Assembly: GCA_963663765.2 (NCBI GenBank)
Contig: CAXXUA010000005.1
Coordinates: forward strand, 640,001 to 704,000
Length of the DNA stretch: 64,000 bases
Reading direction: 5' to 3'
Source: Candidatus Poribacteria bacterium
GTDB lineage: Bacteria; Poribacteria; WGA-4E; WGA-3G
Below are positions 19,410-29,605 of the stretch, piece after piece. The notes beneath the pieces are model-generated. The model had not been told where the DNA came from. It saw only the letters and a program-made list of their open reading frames with translations, and did no database searches. Both the position numbers and the translations under genes were made by a program. Numbering within the stretch: the stretch's first letter is position 1; every line of letters begins with the position of its first letter.

Positions 19410-20489
19410 CTAAAGTCCACTCAAGGTCGGAAGTGGGTGTGGACGTACCAGGATCCCTCCCTGTTCATAAGACTCCATCGCTGCCCATGTGTATTCAAGC
19501 GCAGCCAAAGCATCTCTACCGGATGCACGGACTTTTTCCTTTGGCACTCCGTTAGTAATGTCTTCTAAAAATGCGTGAATCCTTAATGGGAAGGTCTGTG
19601 AAAAATCCTTAATGCCTGAATCCGTGACGACAACATCTCCACCTTCAGGTGCACCGGGTGAGGGCCAAAAGGTAACCTTCTCAATGCAATTTTCAATGCA
19701 GAATGTCCCGCGCGTACCAGCAAGCTCAACACTCCACCAACCACCGAGTCCGAAGGTTGCATCACCACGTTGACTAAGTAGATAACCGATACATCCATTT
19801 TCAAAGCGAAGGTGAATGCTGTTGATTGACACCATCAGGTCCCCTTCACGCCGCCTAAAATGTGGACGATCCATAAACGCTTGCACATGCGTCACATCAC
19901 CACAGAAATGACGCATCACACTAAACGGATGAGACAAAAACGCCTTCACATGAAAATATGGAAAACCATCTGAACGTGGGGCTTTTGAATAACTGTAATT
20001 GAACTCACCACCAGCAAAACCCATCTTGTGAAGGATGTAGACCATCTCACCAATCTGTCCCTTCTTGATATATTCCATTGCCTGTTCAGCAGGAGGAGTA
20101 AAATAGTGGTTGAGATTACAACCGAGGTAAAGGTCCTTTTCTGAGGCTTTTGCAACCATATCCCGTGCCTCTCCGATGTCATTTGATATCGGCTTTTCAA
20201 CAAGCACATGTTTGCCTTTTTCAAGTGCCTCCATAGTCGGTTCATAATGCCAACTGCCGTTCTCATTCCCACCCGTAGTAACATCAACGATATCTAAGTC
20301 AGGTTCCCCATCAATCATATCCGCTAAGCTATAATATGCTTTTACTCCCAACCTTTCTGCGGAACTGTCTGCACGTTCCTTTACAATGTCGCATACCGCG
20401 ACAAGTTCTGCTAAATCATCATTCGCATGGCAATTTGCATGATTATTTCCTATGCCGCTCATGCCTACAACACCAACTTTTAATGCCAT
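19410..20489 (-). CDS. Gfo/Idh/MocA-family oxidoreductase
   Basis: KVGVVGMSGIG, KHVLVEKP. Confidence 0.9.
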   Translation of the reverse strand: MALKVGVVGMSGIGNNHANCHANDDLAELVAVCDIVKERADSSAERLGVKAYYSLADMIDGEPDLDIVDVTTGGNENGSWHYEPTMEALEKGKHVLVEKPISNDIGEARDMVAKASEKDLYLGCNLNHYFTPPAEQAMEYIKKGQIGEMVYILHKMGFAGGEFNYSYSKAPRSDGFPYFHVKAFLSHPFSVMRHFCGDVTHVQAFMDRPHFRRREGDLMVSINSIHLRFENGCIGYLLSQRGDATFGLGGWWSVELAGTRGTFCIENCIEKVTFWPSPGAPEGGDVVVTDSGIKDFSQTFPLRIHAFLEDITNGVPKEKVRASGRDALAALEYTWAAMESYEQGGILVRPHPLPTLSGL

Positions 20490-20569
20490 TATTTATTTCC
20501 TTCCAATAGGTAATTATAATCTATATTACCACATTTTATACGGTTAGAGTGTGTTTGTCAACAAATATT

Positions 20570-21315
20570 CAGAGGCATTCAATTGTTGATGTTTGCGCCT
20601 AAGAGTGTAAGTGCTATTTTATGTCTTACTGCAAAATAGCAGAATACATAAGCTATTTCAGTAATAGGTTTTGCCATCTATGGCGCCTGCGTCTTATCTT
20701 CTGTGTAAATAATTGCGAATACATCAGCTGCCCACTCGCTGAGTGTTTTTTCTAAAGCACTGATGTCTTACTTTCAGGACTTACGCACCCAACGGTAGAC
20801 GCGCTTTGTAGGCGGGGAATGCCAAAAGGCATTCATACCGTTGATTTGGCGCTGGAAACCGAAAAAAATGCTGAAAATTAAACTATTTTCGTCATAATTC
20901 TTCATCAAATCATGAAAACTGCGTAAGTCCTGACTTTTTGAAACAATAATGGACTGTTGAGGCATAGGGTGTCTTCTGATAGGTGAACCCAAGGGCTACA
21001 ACGAGTTTGGGCGGATAAGCGCACCCTTATTCTGCGATGGCACCATAACTACAATATCCACACATCATGGCGACTACAGAAAGACCTAAGATAGCAGGTA
21101 GCGGATGTCGTTTTCCTTGTAGGTTGCGTTTATCAGGAACTTCTGCTAACATATCAAGTAGATGGTGAGATGCTTTTTTCGTCATTATTACCTCCAAAGC
21201 ATAAATGCTTATATATTCTTTGAGGCAAAGTATATCAGATATAGCGTGACTTCTCATGCTATATCTGATATATACAGAATCTGCACAAAATAATATCGAC
21301 AATTGAATGCCTCTG
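20570..21315 (-). mobile_element. Internally deleted ISAs1-family element (second subfamily)
   Basis: 21-bp TIR CAGAGGCATTCAATTGT(T/C)GAT; remnants MTKKASHHLLD..QGKRHPL, DAGAIDGKT (~20670-20696) and a C-terminal-like tail; no TSD found. Confidence 0.8.
20775..20932 (+). mobile_element. CAGGACTTACGCA MITE (158 bp, with 35-nt insert) nested in the ISAs1 remnant
   Basis: TIRs; TSD ACTTT. Confidence 0.92.
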
Positions 21316-21390
21316 ATTTCTATACCCTAACCGCTGGAGATTTCACATCTACACGGAAGATGTGAATAAGGAAGTAGGAAGTGAAGGATA

Positions 21391-22248
21391 ATGAAGTCTT
21401 TCAAACTGGAAACACGAACCAAAATCTTCATCATGTTGATCTGCGGATGTCTTGTCATCTTACTTGACAGTCCGACTTCGCTATTAGCATGTTTTGTGGC
21501 AAGCCTTCTACTTGTTTCGTCTTCATTTCCATCATTCAGACAGATCCGTTTGCTGTTGATATTTCTATTCTTTACAACATGGGGATTGATCTACAGTCAA
21601 GGCATATTTTACAATACGTATCCTCGAACGGTATTAGTTACACTTGTACCGGCAGAATTCCCACTAATTGGGCAGTGGACAGGTGGGATACGCATATATC
21701 GTGAGGGTATGTTTCATGGGATTATCCAATCACTTAGATTTAATACCACACTGGTCATCGGTTGTTATATAGTTTGGACTACACAACCACGCGACCTTCT
21801 GCTGGCATTAGGGCAGTTGCGTGTTCCGGGAGCACTTGCCTTCATGGTGACTTCTGCTTTGCATTTCATACCAGTGATTACAAGTGAAGCTGCTGCAGTC
21901 ATCCGTTCTCAAAGATTGCGAGGTTTTCGTTTTCTAAGATTTAATCTTATATCCACTATGCAAAGAGTCATCAGTAGTTTCAGACCGATTTTAGCTGGGA
22001 ATATACGACACGCGACAAATCTTGGTGAGTCAGTTGAAAGTCGCGGATTTTCAACTGAGAACGCCGACCAGAGAACATCATTGCAAAGTTCACAGATGGG
22101 AAGTTGGGATTATTGTCTGCTTGGACTGCTGTCCTTAAGTTTGATAAGTGTTATCGGTTTGAAATTGATCTATTTTTGTTATGCAAACGGAATATACTAT
22201 GGTTCATGGTTGAGAGGGATCTATACATTTACGCGAGAGGTATTGTAA
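21391..22248 (+). CDS. ECF transporter transmembrane component T (EcfT/CbiQ family)
   Basis: TT.PRDL..AL..LRVP, SQRLRG and ESRGF motifs. Confidence 0.85.
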   Translation: MKSFKLETRTKIFIMLICGCLVILLDSPTSLLACFVASLLLVSSSFPSFRQIRLLLIFLFFTTWGLIYSQGIFYNTYPRTVLVTLVPAEFPLIGQWTGGIRIYREGMFHGIIQSLRFNTTLVIGCYIVWTTQPRDLLLALGQLRVPGALAFMVTSALHFIPVITSEAAAVIRSQRLRGFRFLRFNLISTMQRVISSFRPILAGNIRHATNLGESVESRGFSTENADQRTSLQSSQMGSWDYCLLGLLSLSLISVIGLKLIYFCYANGIYYGSWLRGIYTFTREVL

Positions 22249-22266
22249 AGGAGGTGCATTGTTCTA

Positions 22267-22785
22267 CTATCGTCCAACTTCCCATGCCAAGTGTTGCAAC
22301 TCTGGACCGATAAGTTTTTCCCAAGCTAAACGCACAGCAGCATTTGATCCGGGCGTAGAGATAACAACCTTACCACGATAGACACCTGCCGTCGCACGGG
22401 ATAACATCGCAGCCGCGCCAACTTGGTCATAACTAAACATCCGAAAAAGTTCTCCAAATCCCGGTAAAGTTTTCTCCAATTTGCGATTGAGTACGTCAAA
22501 AGTAGTGTCACGCGGAGCAATACCAGTGCCACCATTGAAAATAATGACTTGAGCATCACTTTGAGACATTTTATCCAATACATCAGATACTTGATCAGGT
22601 TCGTCTTTGATGATTTGATAAGCAGTTACTTTGTTACCTTCTGCACTTAGTTTTTCACGCAAGAAGTCCGCGTTTGTGTCTGTTTCAGGTGTGCGAGAAT
22701 CACTCACGGTGACAATCGCAACTGATACAGGTCCTTCTTCAGCTGCAATCTCCCTATGTTGTTGTGTACTTGTCGATGTGTTCAT
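22267..22785 (-). CDS. moaB: Molybdenum cofactor biosynthesis protein MoaB/Mog
   Basis: [36 protein letters not shown]; start moved to 22785 because 22818 lies in a MITE. Confidence 0.9.
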   Translation of the reverse strand: MNTSTSTQQHREIAAEEGPVSVAIVTVSDSRTPETDTNADFLREKLSAEGNKVTAYQIIKDEPDQVSDVLDKMSQSDAQVIIFNGGTGIAPRDTTFDVLNRKLEKTLPGFGELFRMFSYDQVGAAAMLSRATAGVYRGKVVISTPGSNAAVRLAWEKLIGPELQHLAWEVGR

Positions 22786-22804
22786 CAAATTTCCTCTGTT
22801 AAGG

Positions 22805-22926
22805 CAGGACTTACGCACCCAACGGTAGGCGTGCTTTGTAAGCGCGCTGGAAGAACAAATAATGTTGAAAATTACATCATTTTCATCACAATTCTTGATT
22901 AAATCATGAAAACTGCGTAAGTCCTG
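22805..22926 (+). mobile_element. 122-bp CAGGACTTACGCA MITE
   Basis: TIRs; imperfect TSD TAAGG/TAATG. Confidence 0.9.
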
Positions 22927-22934
22927 TAATGTTT

Positions 22935-25154
22935 TTATTGGTTAGGATAAGTTTTATCTAAATGTCTCGGCATAGTAAAGAACGCACCTAATGTTTCTTC
23001 TGTAAGAGTCAGCTGAAAATCATCCGGTTTTGGATGTCCAATCACATAAGCAGTGATACCTGACGATTTACATAACTGAATGGCTTGTTCTGTCGGGTAC
23101 TTTCCTGTTGTCGGTTCATCGGTCAATATCAATATATAACGTTTCGCGAAGGGACTAAATTTTACTTGAGGTAGTCCTTCAACGATAGCATCAATGAGAT
23201 GTTCATCACCACCAAAAGGATCTCCCATTAGATTTTCAATAATGACTTCATTTAAGGGCATCTGTTTTACATCCACACCGTCAACGGTTTTAATAGCGTC
23301 TTTTGCTTCAGCAAAACGAATCAATCCGATACGATATTTCAACGGAAAGATTGAAAGTCTCCCAATGAGAGTGCTTAATCCGAGCATGACAGCTTGTGAT
23401 TTTCCTCCCATACTTCTGCTATAGTCTAACATGACAACGATGTCAACATTCGGTCTTGCAATAGAATTAGAAGCGGTACCTGGCTGTCCTCCTATATAAA
23501 CGAGAAGACTATCATTATCTTTTCTGAACGTATAAATCTGATTGTTTTCTTGTTCAGTCATTACCCATCTTTCAGAACGCCGTTGCATAGACGCTATAGA
23601 ATCTTGACTAAAATTACAGTTTTGAGGGTGGTTTCCTGCATAGACATGTAGCGTATTCTCAACTCTTTGGATAGCACATATTTTTTGGTTTGTTGGATCA
23701 CATATCACCCACAAGTCGCTTTCCTTTTTATCCAAGACCGTTGCGTTTTCCGAAAGGGAAAGATCCGAATTTAACGAAACTCCATTCTTTACAATTTCCT
23801 TTTGTATTGCTTGCAAAGAGATTTTACCATCCGGAACCGGAATTGGTAATTCAAACTGTAAACTGAGGCTAAACATAGACTTGTTTGCACTCTGACGTAT
23901 ATCAACGGCTATATCACGAAATGATTTGAGAAGTTTTTCGTTGCCTGCACGATTACTCGGTAGTGAATTTGGGTTGTATGTACTCCCGGGAATAACTTCC
24001 CATACACCACCAGTCACTTCTGCTAATTTCTGTTGAAATGGTTCTGGAAATCCAAGTACATTCACTCTAATTTTATCAAATTTTGATTTCTCTATTACTT
24101 TTGTCTGCATATTACTTTTTGAATCTTTTCCTCTATAACTGGTAGAGGCAGGTTCATCAGTAACAAGTATTAAGTGTTTATTAGCATCTGCATGAAACTC
24201 TATGAAATTTAATGTGTCAACAAGGGCGTCAAGAGCATTTTCGTCACCACTGAGTTGAACTTCTTTCATACGCTTACGAAGAACACCTACATCTGGCATC
24301 AGGTTTCTCGTTCTGATTTCTTGCCCTTCCTGTCTGACACTAAACTCTGACATACCCAGATAATATTCAATGTTAATACGATCAAACGCATCTGTCATAC
24401 TGTAAAGATTATTGGCAACTTGCTGTATGTTGTCTTGCATACTTGCACTCGTATCAAGAACAAATACGACATTGACTTTATCACCTTCTCTTGTACCAAT
24501 TATGTGATCAGCAATACGCTCAAGTGCTTCTGCAAAAGGATTAGATTTATCACTGTTCCCCGATTCATCACCCTTTCCTCCAATTCCATCAGCAAAACCT
24601 TGACCTATGTCACCGATGTCAGCAGTTCCAGTAGATTCAAGCCTGTTGAAACCACTTTTTCCATCACCTTTGACGCGTTGTCGCAGGCTTTTCGTGCCTT
24701 TACCAGAAGTAATTTCAATTGGGCTTTGAACAGATTTGGCAATTGCATCTTCTCGTTTGATTAACTGCTGTGATTGTGTCGTGACATCAGGGAGTCTTGT
24801 TGAAGTATCTGAAACTTTTTCTGTTGCACTGTGCATGAGGACCTTGTCCGATGGTCGCACTGTTTCATCAATCAGATTTGATGCTGCTGTAAGTTTTACA
24901 TTTTGAGGTCGATAATCTGCAAGTGAGTCAGTACGTTTTGCTGTCATTACTTTCTTTGGCATTGGTCGTTTTAGACTTCGTCGATTAATATCAGGTTTAT
25001 TTGTATCAAAAATCTCTACGCCGATAACATCGTCATTGTTGTAACTCAGTTGCGTATAATAGAAAAATGTCAGCAGTATTGCTAAACAAACATGAATAAT
25101 TGCGGCAATCAGGCAGGCATTCAATGAACGTTGTTTTTTTCCTTTCTTAATCAT
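22935..25154 (-). CDS. Membrane-anchored protein with two VWA domains
   Basis: N-terminal TM; MIDAS motifs VLDTSASM and MLDYSRSM; LVTDEP/ILTDEP. Confidence 0.85.
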   Translation of the reverse strand: MIKKGKKQRSLNACLIAAIIHVCLAILLTFFYYTQLSYNNDDVIGVEIFDTNKPDINRRSLKRPMPKKVMTAKRTDSLADYRPQNVKLTAASNLIDETVRPSDKVLMHSATEKVSDTSTRLPDVTTQSQQLIKREDAIAKSVQSPIEITSGKGTKSLRQRVKGDGKSGFNRLESTGTADIGDIGQGFADGIGGKGDESGNSDKSNPFAEALERIADHIIGTREGDKVNVVFVLDTSASMQDNIQQVANNLYSMTDAFDRINIEYYLGMSEFSVRQEGQEIRTRNLMPDVGVLRKRMKEVQLSGDENALDALVDTLNFIEFHADANKHLILVTDEPASTSYRGKDSKSNMQTKVIEKSKFDKIRVNVLGFPEPFQQKLAEVTGGVWEVIPGSTYNPNSLPSNRAGNEKLLKSFRDIAVDIRQSANKSMFSLSLQFELPIPVPDGKISLQAIQKEIVKNGVSLNSDLSLSENATVLDKKESDLWVICDPTNQKICAIQRVENTLHVYAGNHPQNCNFSQDSIASMQRRSERWVMTEQENNQIYTFRKDNDSLLVYIGGQPGTASNSIARPNVDIVVMLDYSRSMGGKSQAVMLGLSTLIGRLSIFPLKYRIGLIRFAEAKDAIKTVDGVDVKQMPLNEVIIENLMGDPFGGDEHLIDAIVEGLPQVKFSPFAKRYILILTDEPTTGKYPTEQAIQLCKSSGITAYVIGHPKPDDFQLTLTEETLGAFFTMPRHLDKTYPNQ

Positions 25155-25211
25155 GGTATGCTCCTATAAGAATTTGTCCAGTTGAATGCTTCTCGCTCTT
25201 TGAAATGTATT

Positions 25212-25497
25212 CAGGACTTACGCAAAAACGGTAGGCGGTGAATGCCTAAATGGCATTCATACCGTTGATTTGGTGCTTTGTAAGCGCGCTGGAAACCTAG
25301 AAAAATACTGATAATTATATCATTTTCATCCAGGACTTACGCACACAACGGTAGGCGTGCTTTGTAAGCGCGCCGGAAACCCAGAAAAACGCTGATAATG
25401 GCATCATTTTCATCATAATTTTTGATTTAATCAAGAAAACTGCGTAAGTCCTGTCATCATAATTTTTGATTTAATCAAGAATAATGCGTAAGTCCTA
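25212..25497 (+). mobile_element. CAGGACTTACGCA MITE carrying a 36-nt insert and a nested copy of its own family
   Basis: Outer TIRs (last base G>A); 6-bp TSD TGTATT. Confidence 0.88.
25331..25453 (+). mobile_element. Inner CAGGACTTACGCA MITE
   Basis: TIRs; TSD TCATC. Confidence 0.92.
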
Positions 25498-25555
25498 TGT
25501 ATTTTTAAGATTATATCAGAAACTATTGTAATTTTCAAGGTTGATCAAACGAATG

Positions 25556-25684
25556 CAAAGGTATTCAATTGTCACAATACATCTTTGTGGGAGGGGTTTG
25601 TAACCCCGATTTGTTATGCTGGTTCTCTGAAATCGGAGTTGCAACCCCCCACAATAGTCCATTTTGGATAATTGAATGCCTTTG
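25556..25684. mobile_element. MITE with ISAs1-subfamily-2-like TIR (CAAAGGTATTCAATTGTC)
   Basis: TIR resembles 20570/21315 ends; 10-bp near-TSD CAAACGAATG/CGAACGAATG; REP-like GTGGGAGGGG cargo. Confidence 0.8.
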
Positions 25685-25776
25685 CGAACGAATGGGTGTG
25701 TAAAGTCTTTGATAAACAGAATCACATATCACACAGATTACGCAGATAAAACCTATACATCTAATCGTATTCCTTA

Positions 25777-25930
25777 TACCAATTCAAATAAATCTTGTCT
25801 CATTAAGGAATTCTACTGTTTACTGGCAGGGGGTTACTCTCTTTGGTAGGAGCGACCTCCCGGTCGCGACCGTGAGGGCGCTCCTACCAGATTTCCGCTG
25901 CTAATGAGACATTATCACATGAAAATGGTA
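25777..25930 (+). mobile_element. 154-bp TACCA MITE
   Basis: TTA flanks; near-identical to 4362-4515. Confidence 0.9.
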
Positions 25931-26080
25931 TTAGATAACGCTTATTTTACGCAATTCTACATCAAGATGGTGTCTTATCCGAAGTATCCGTGTTGTCCAT
26001 GATTCTGAAATACAAATGCCAAAACTTTACACAACTCATTTACTATGGAAATTTCTCAACAAAAAATAGTATAATAACAT

Positions 26081-26194
26081 CAGGACTTACGCACCGAACG
26101 GTAGGCGGGGAATGCCAAAAGGCATTCATACCCGGGGAATGCCAAAAGGCATTCATACCCGGGGAATGCCAAAAGGCATTCATACCGTCCTACC
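26081..26194 (+). repeat. Left end of a CAGGACTTACGCA MITE followed by three tandem 27-bp hairpin units
   Basis: CGGGGAATGCCAAAAGGCATTCATACC at 26106, 26133, 26160. Confidence 0.9.
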
Positions 26195-26239
26195 ATTTGT
26201 GAGATAGGTCGTAGTAAAACAATCTTAACAGGAGAATAT

Positions 26240-27091
26240 ATGGATACGAATGCTATAAAACGAAAGTATAAACTAAGTCCAGAAGAACGATCTTCTTGGG
26301 AAGAAAATGGTTACTTTATCCGATATGATGTTTTCACAAAAGAAGAAAACGATGTACTACGACATATTGCTGATGACATTGCTACCGGCAAAAGACCTTT
26401 CGCAGCGAAAAACATGCATAAAAACGCCTTGGTCATAGATGGCAAAACCGATGCAACTGGTATTTACGCTATGCACTGCATACATCATATAAGTCATTAT
26501 TCTCCTGAATTTCTGGAGCGCACACGCGACACACGTCTTACCGACCCAGTTGTTGACATCGTTGGACCAGACGTTCTCGGTCTGAATAATCTTTATATCT
26601 GGAAACCACCAAAAATCGGATTGGGTTTTCCATGGCATCAAGACCGATGGTATTTCAACTGGCAGTATAAGGTTGTTGCTACAGTTGGCACTTGGACTGC
26701 TATTGATGAATCAGACAAAGAAAATGGATGCTTATATGTCATCCCCGGCAGCCATAAGCATGAAGTGTTGGAGCATGTAAATCTTGAAGGTTTACAACAA
26801 AATGAATTTAAACAGGCAGTCGGTGCGCGAGATGAAGATGGGATTGCAGTTGAAGTGCCGCCTGGAGCCGTTATTTTCTTCAACAACAAACTCCTTCATA
26901 TGAGCACTCATAACCACAGTGATCGTTTTCGTAGGTGTAATGTCGCACATTATATCAGTGCAAAATCGGAACGCGTCCCAACAAAAGATGATACAAAAGT
27001 TAGACCTGTAATGTGGATTCGGGGTAAGATATATCCAAGTTTTTCATATAAAGTTTATCGTGATGTCTTGACTATTCCTGTGTCTGTATAA
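26240..27091 (+). CDS. PhyH-family dioxygenase
   Basis: WEENGYF, PWHQD, ENGCLYVIPGSH, LLHMS..N. Confidence 0.9.
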   Translation: MDTNAIKRKYKLSPEERSSWEENGYFIRYDVFTKEENDVLRHIADDIATGKRPFAAKNMHKNALVIDGKTDATGIYAMHCIHHISHYSPEFLERTRDTRLTDPVVDIVGPDVLGLNNLYIWKPPKIGLGFPWHQDRWYFNWQYKVVATVGTWTAIDESDKENGCLYVIPGSHKHEVLEHVNLEGLQQNEFKQAVGARDEDGIAVEVPPGAVIFFNNKLLHMSTHNHSDRFRRCNVAHYISAKSERVPTKDDTKVRPVMWIRGKIYPSFSYKVYRDVLTIPVSV

Positions 27092-27116
27092 TATTATTTC
27101 TAATATATAATGTCTC

Positions 27117-28118
27117 GGCTCATGTATAATTTAAGTGCGATTTAATATAATTGTGATTTTTGTTGAGTTGTGTTATAGTGTAGCGTATGGATTTTCCAAT
27201 ACTATCTTTGATTGATGATGAACGTGCGGAGGAATGGTTGCTAAACCATTTCCACCCTCAAGGTTTATTCTGTCCCCATTGTGAAGCCAGCGTGGAGGAG
27301 GCACGCTATTTCCGAACAACAAAAACAAGTGGCTTGAAGGTATACCGCTGTAATAAATGCTCAGGTGTGTATAACCTATATAGTGGGACAGTATTTGCTC
27401 ACAAGCGTTTTCGACCTGCACAAGTTGTTTTGCTCTTACAAGGTCTATGCAAAGGCTTTACGACTTCTCAGTTGGCACGCGAGCTGAATATTAGTCGTCA
27501 AACAGTGCATTATATACGACAGGTTCTGCAGACATCTGCTCAAATGCTTCAACCAGAGGCTGTTTTACCCGATACTGAAACTGAAACAGATGAGATGTTT
27601 CAAAATGCTGGTGAAAAAGGAGAACCGCATCTTGACCCAAAGGATCCACCGCGTCGGCGCGGGAATAAACGCAAAGGTCATGGCACTTATGAAAATGATC
27701 GTCCCCCTATTATCGGCACGGTGGGTCGTGAAAGTGGTCTCGTGTGATTGCGTGTCGCACATCACACCGATGGTGCGACACTCTCAGCCCATGTGCATCA
27801 GTGGACGCTGCCGACTGCTACCGTATATACAGATGGATGGCGCGGGTATAACGGTATTGACCGCCCCCATGCAATCGTGTGTCATAGTGATGGCGAATGG
27901 GCAAGAGATGACGATATGGATGGTTTTTGCGAAACCCACATCAATTCGATTGAAGGCGTATGGACAACGGTCCGCAACTTTCTACGCCCATTTCGCGGTG
28001 TTCATAGGAAATTCCTCGCAGGATATATTGCTATTTGTGAATTTGCTATTAATATCAAGTCTGTCACTGTTGAATTTATATCAAAACTTGTCCAACGCAC
28101 TTAATCATAACATGAGCC
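27117..28118 (+). mobile_element. IS1595-family insertion sequence (1002 bp)
   Basis: TIR GGCTCATGT..TTAAGTGCG / CGCACTTAA..ACATGAGCC; 8-bp TSD AATGTCTC. Confidence 0.92.
27187..28104 (+). pseudogene. IS1595 transposase with in-frame TGA at 27745-27747
   Basis: CPHC..C..C zinc ribbon, ETDEMF, VYTDGW..Y, HINSIEG; ORFs 27187-27747 and 27748-28104 are in the same frame. Confidence 0.85.
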
Positions 28119-28134
28119 AATGTCTCTTATGTAG

Positions 28135-28414
28135 CAATACCTTCGCCAATAATAGACATTCTGTCAGATTGTGCGGTCAGTTGTAGCACATTCTTCCAGA
28201 TTGTGCGTGTAGTTGTAGCACATTCTTCCAGATTGTGCATATAAATTATTCTGTCAGATTCTATCGTCAAATTAGACGCTATGATAAATAAAAATACTTC
28301 AACGAAAACCTGAAGTTATTTTTATTTATGTAATCCTAACAATATCACAGAGCAATGGTAGATCAACACTATATACTCATTCAACTGAAGCACTCAAAAA
28401 TGGCGAAGGTATTG
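28135..28414 (+). mobile_element. MITE with CAATACCTTCGCCA TIR and 2.3 copies of a 32-bp unit
   Basis: 14-bp TIR; 8-bp TSD TTATGTAG; sister of 54365-54740. Confidence 0.92.
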
Positions 28415-28567
28415 TTATGTAGTACAGACTGTTAGTTTGCGCCGTATTAGATTACATTTCACAATTACCTGTCATGTAACATCATTTTTTCAAAATGGCA
28501 TATCATACTAACTATGGTGCAAAAACCTTGAGGACATTATCTTCACTCTTTGAAACCAAATCCTAAT

Positions 28568-29590
28568 ATGAACTTATCCTCAAAAATAGGTGTTGGTGTT
28601 ATAGGTACTGGAAGAATCGGAAAACTGCACATACAACACCTTGCGCAAAATATACCAGAAACAGAACTCCTTACAATATGTAGCTTTGACACAAAGAGTT
28701 TGAAATCCCTTGCGGAACAGTACAGAATTCAAAAGATTACCTCTGATTATCATACCTTAATGGTCGATACGCATATTGATGCTGTTGTCGTTGCTTCATC
28801 AACGGATAGCCACGTAGAGATTTGTCAAGCTGCAGCAAAAGCAGGTAAGCATATTTTTTGCGAAAAACCAATTGCTTTAAACCTAAATGAGATTGACCAG
28901 ATATTGTCAATAACTAAGAAAACAGGAGTCAAGTTTCAAGTAGGTTTTAATAGAAGGTTTGACGAAAGTTTCATGCGTGTTCGGGATGTAGTTGTCTCAG
29001 GTGAGATTGGGGAACCACACATATTACGTATCACCAGCCGAGACCCAGAACTTCCTCCAATTGAATACCTTAAGGTTTCTGGTGGGATTTTTCTTGACAT
29101 GACGATACACGATTTTGATATGGCACGTTATCTCGTCAACGATGAAGTTATTGAGATCTATGCTGCAGGTGGGGTGCTAATTGAACCGAAAATCGTTGAA
29201 GTTGGTGACATAGATACTGCGATCATCACGTTACGTTTTCAAAATGGTGTGTTCGCAACAATTGATAACAGCAGAAAGGCAGTTTACGGATATGATCAAC
29301 GGGTAGAAGTATTTGGTTCAAAGGGAATGGTTGCAGCAGGAAATCCGTTGTCTCATACGGTAACTATCAGTGGAAGCACTGGAAGTTATACCTCGCCTCC
29401 ACCCCCGTTTTTCATTGAGCGATATAAGACTTCATATCTGTCAGAAATGCAAGCATTTGTTGGATGTATTATAGAAGATAATGAACCATTAGTTACCGGT
29501 GAAGATGGACGTATACCGATTGTGATGGGTTATGCTGCAGAAAAGTCAATACATGAAAATCGTCCTGTTTTGTTGTCTGAAATTTCATAA
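28568..29590 (+). CDS. iolG: Inositol 2-dehydrogenase (Gfo/Idh/MocA)
   Basis: GTGRIG, FCEKP, GFNRRFD, SRDP, DMTIHDFD, YGYDQRVEVFG. Confidence 0.85.
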   Translation: MNLSSKIGVGVIGTGRIGKLHIQHLAQNIPETELLTICSFDTKSLKSLAEQYRIQKITSDYHTLMVDTHIDAVVVASSTDSHVEICQAAAKAGKHIFCEKPIALNLNEIDQILSITKKTGVKFQVGFNRRFDESFMRVRDVVVSGEIGEPHILRITSRDPELPPIEYLKVSGGIFLDMTIHDFDMARYLVNDEVIEIYAAGGVLIEPKIVEVGDIDTAIITLRFQNGVFATIDNSRKAVYGYDQRVEVFGSKGMVAAGNPLSHTVTISGSTGSYTSPPPPFFIERYKTSYLSEMQAFVGCIIEDNEPLVTGEDGRIPIVMGYAAEKSIHENRPVLLSEIS

Positions 29591-29605
29591 TAACCCAAAC
29601 TTGAA

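Noticed and set aside
22786-22818. MRKSC N-terminal extensions (also 56723-56755)
   Set aside because: They derive from the MITE TIR TGCGTAAGTCCTG; downstream ATGs are the better starts.
26106-26186. Mini-CRISPR of palindromic 27-bp repeats
   Set aside because: Units are contiguous with no spacers.
27745-27747. Selenocysteine or genome-wide stop recoding (also TAG at 3837)
   Set aside because: TGA and TAG end ordinary genes here; the positions fit CGA>TGA and CAG>TAG nonsense changes. Local readthrough in IS1595 cannot be excluded.
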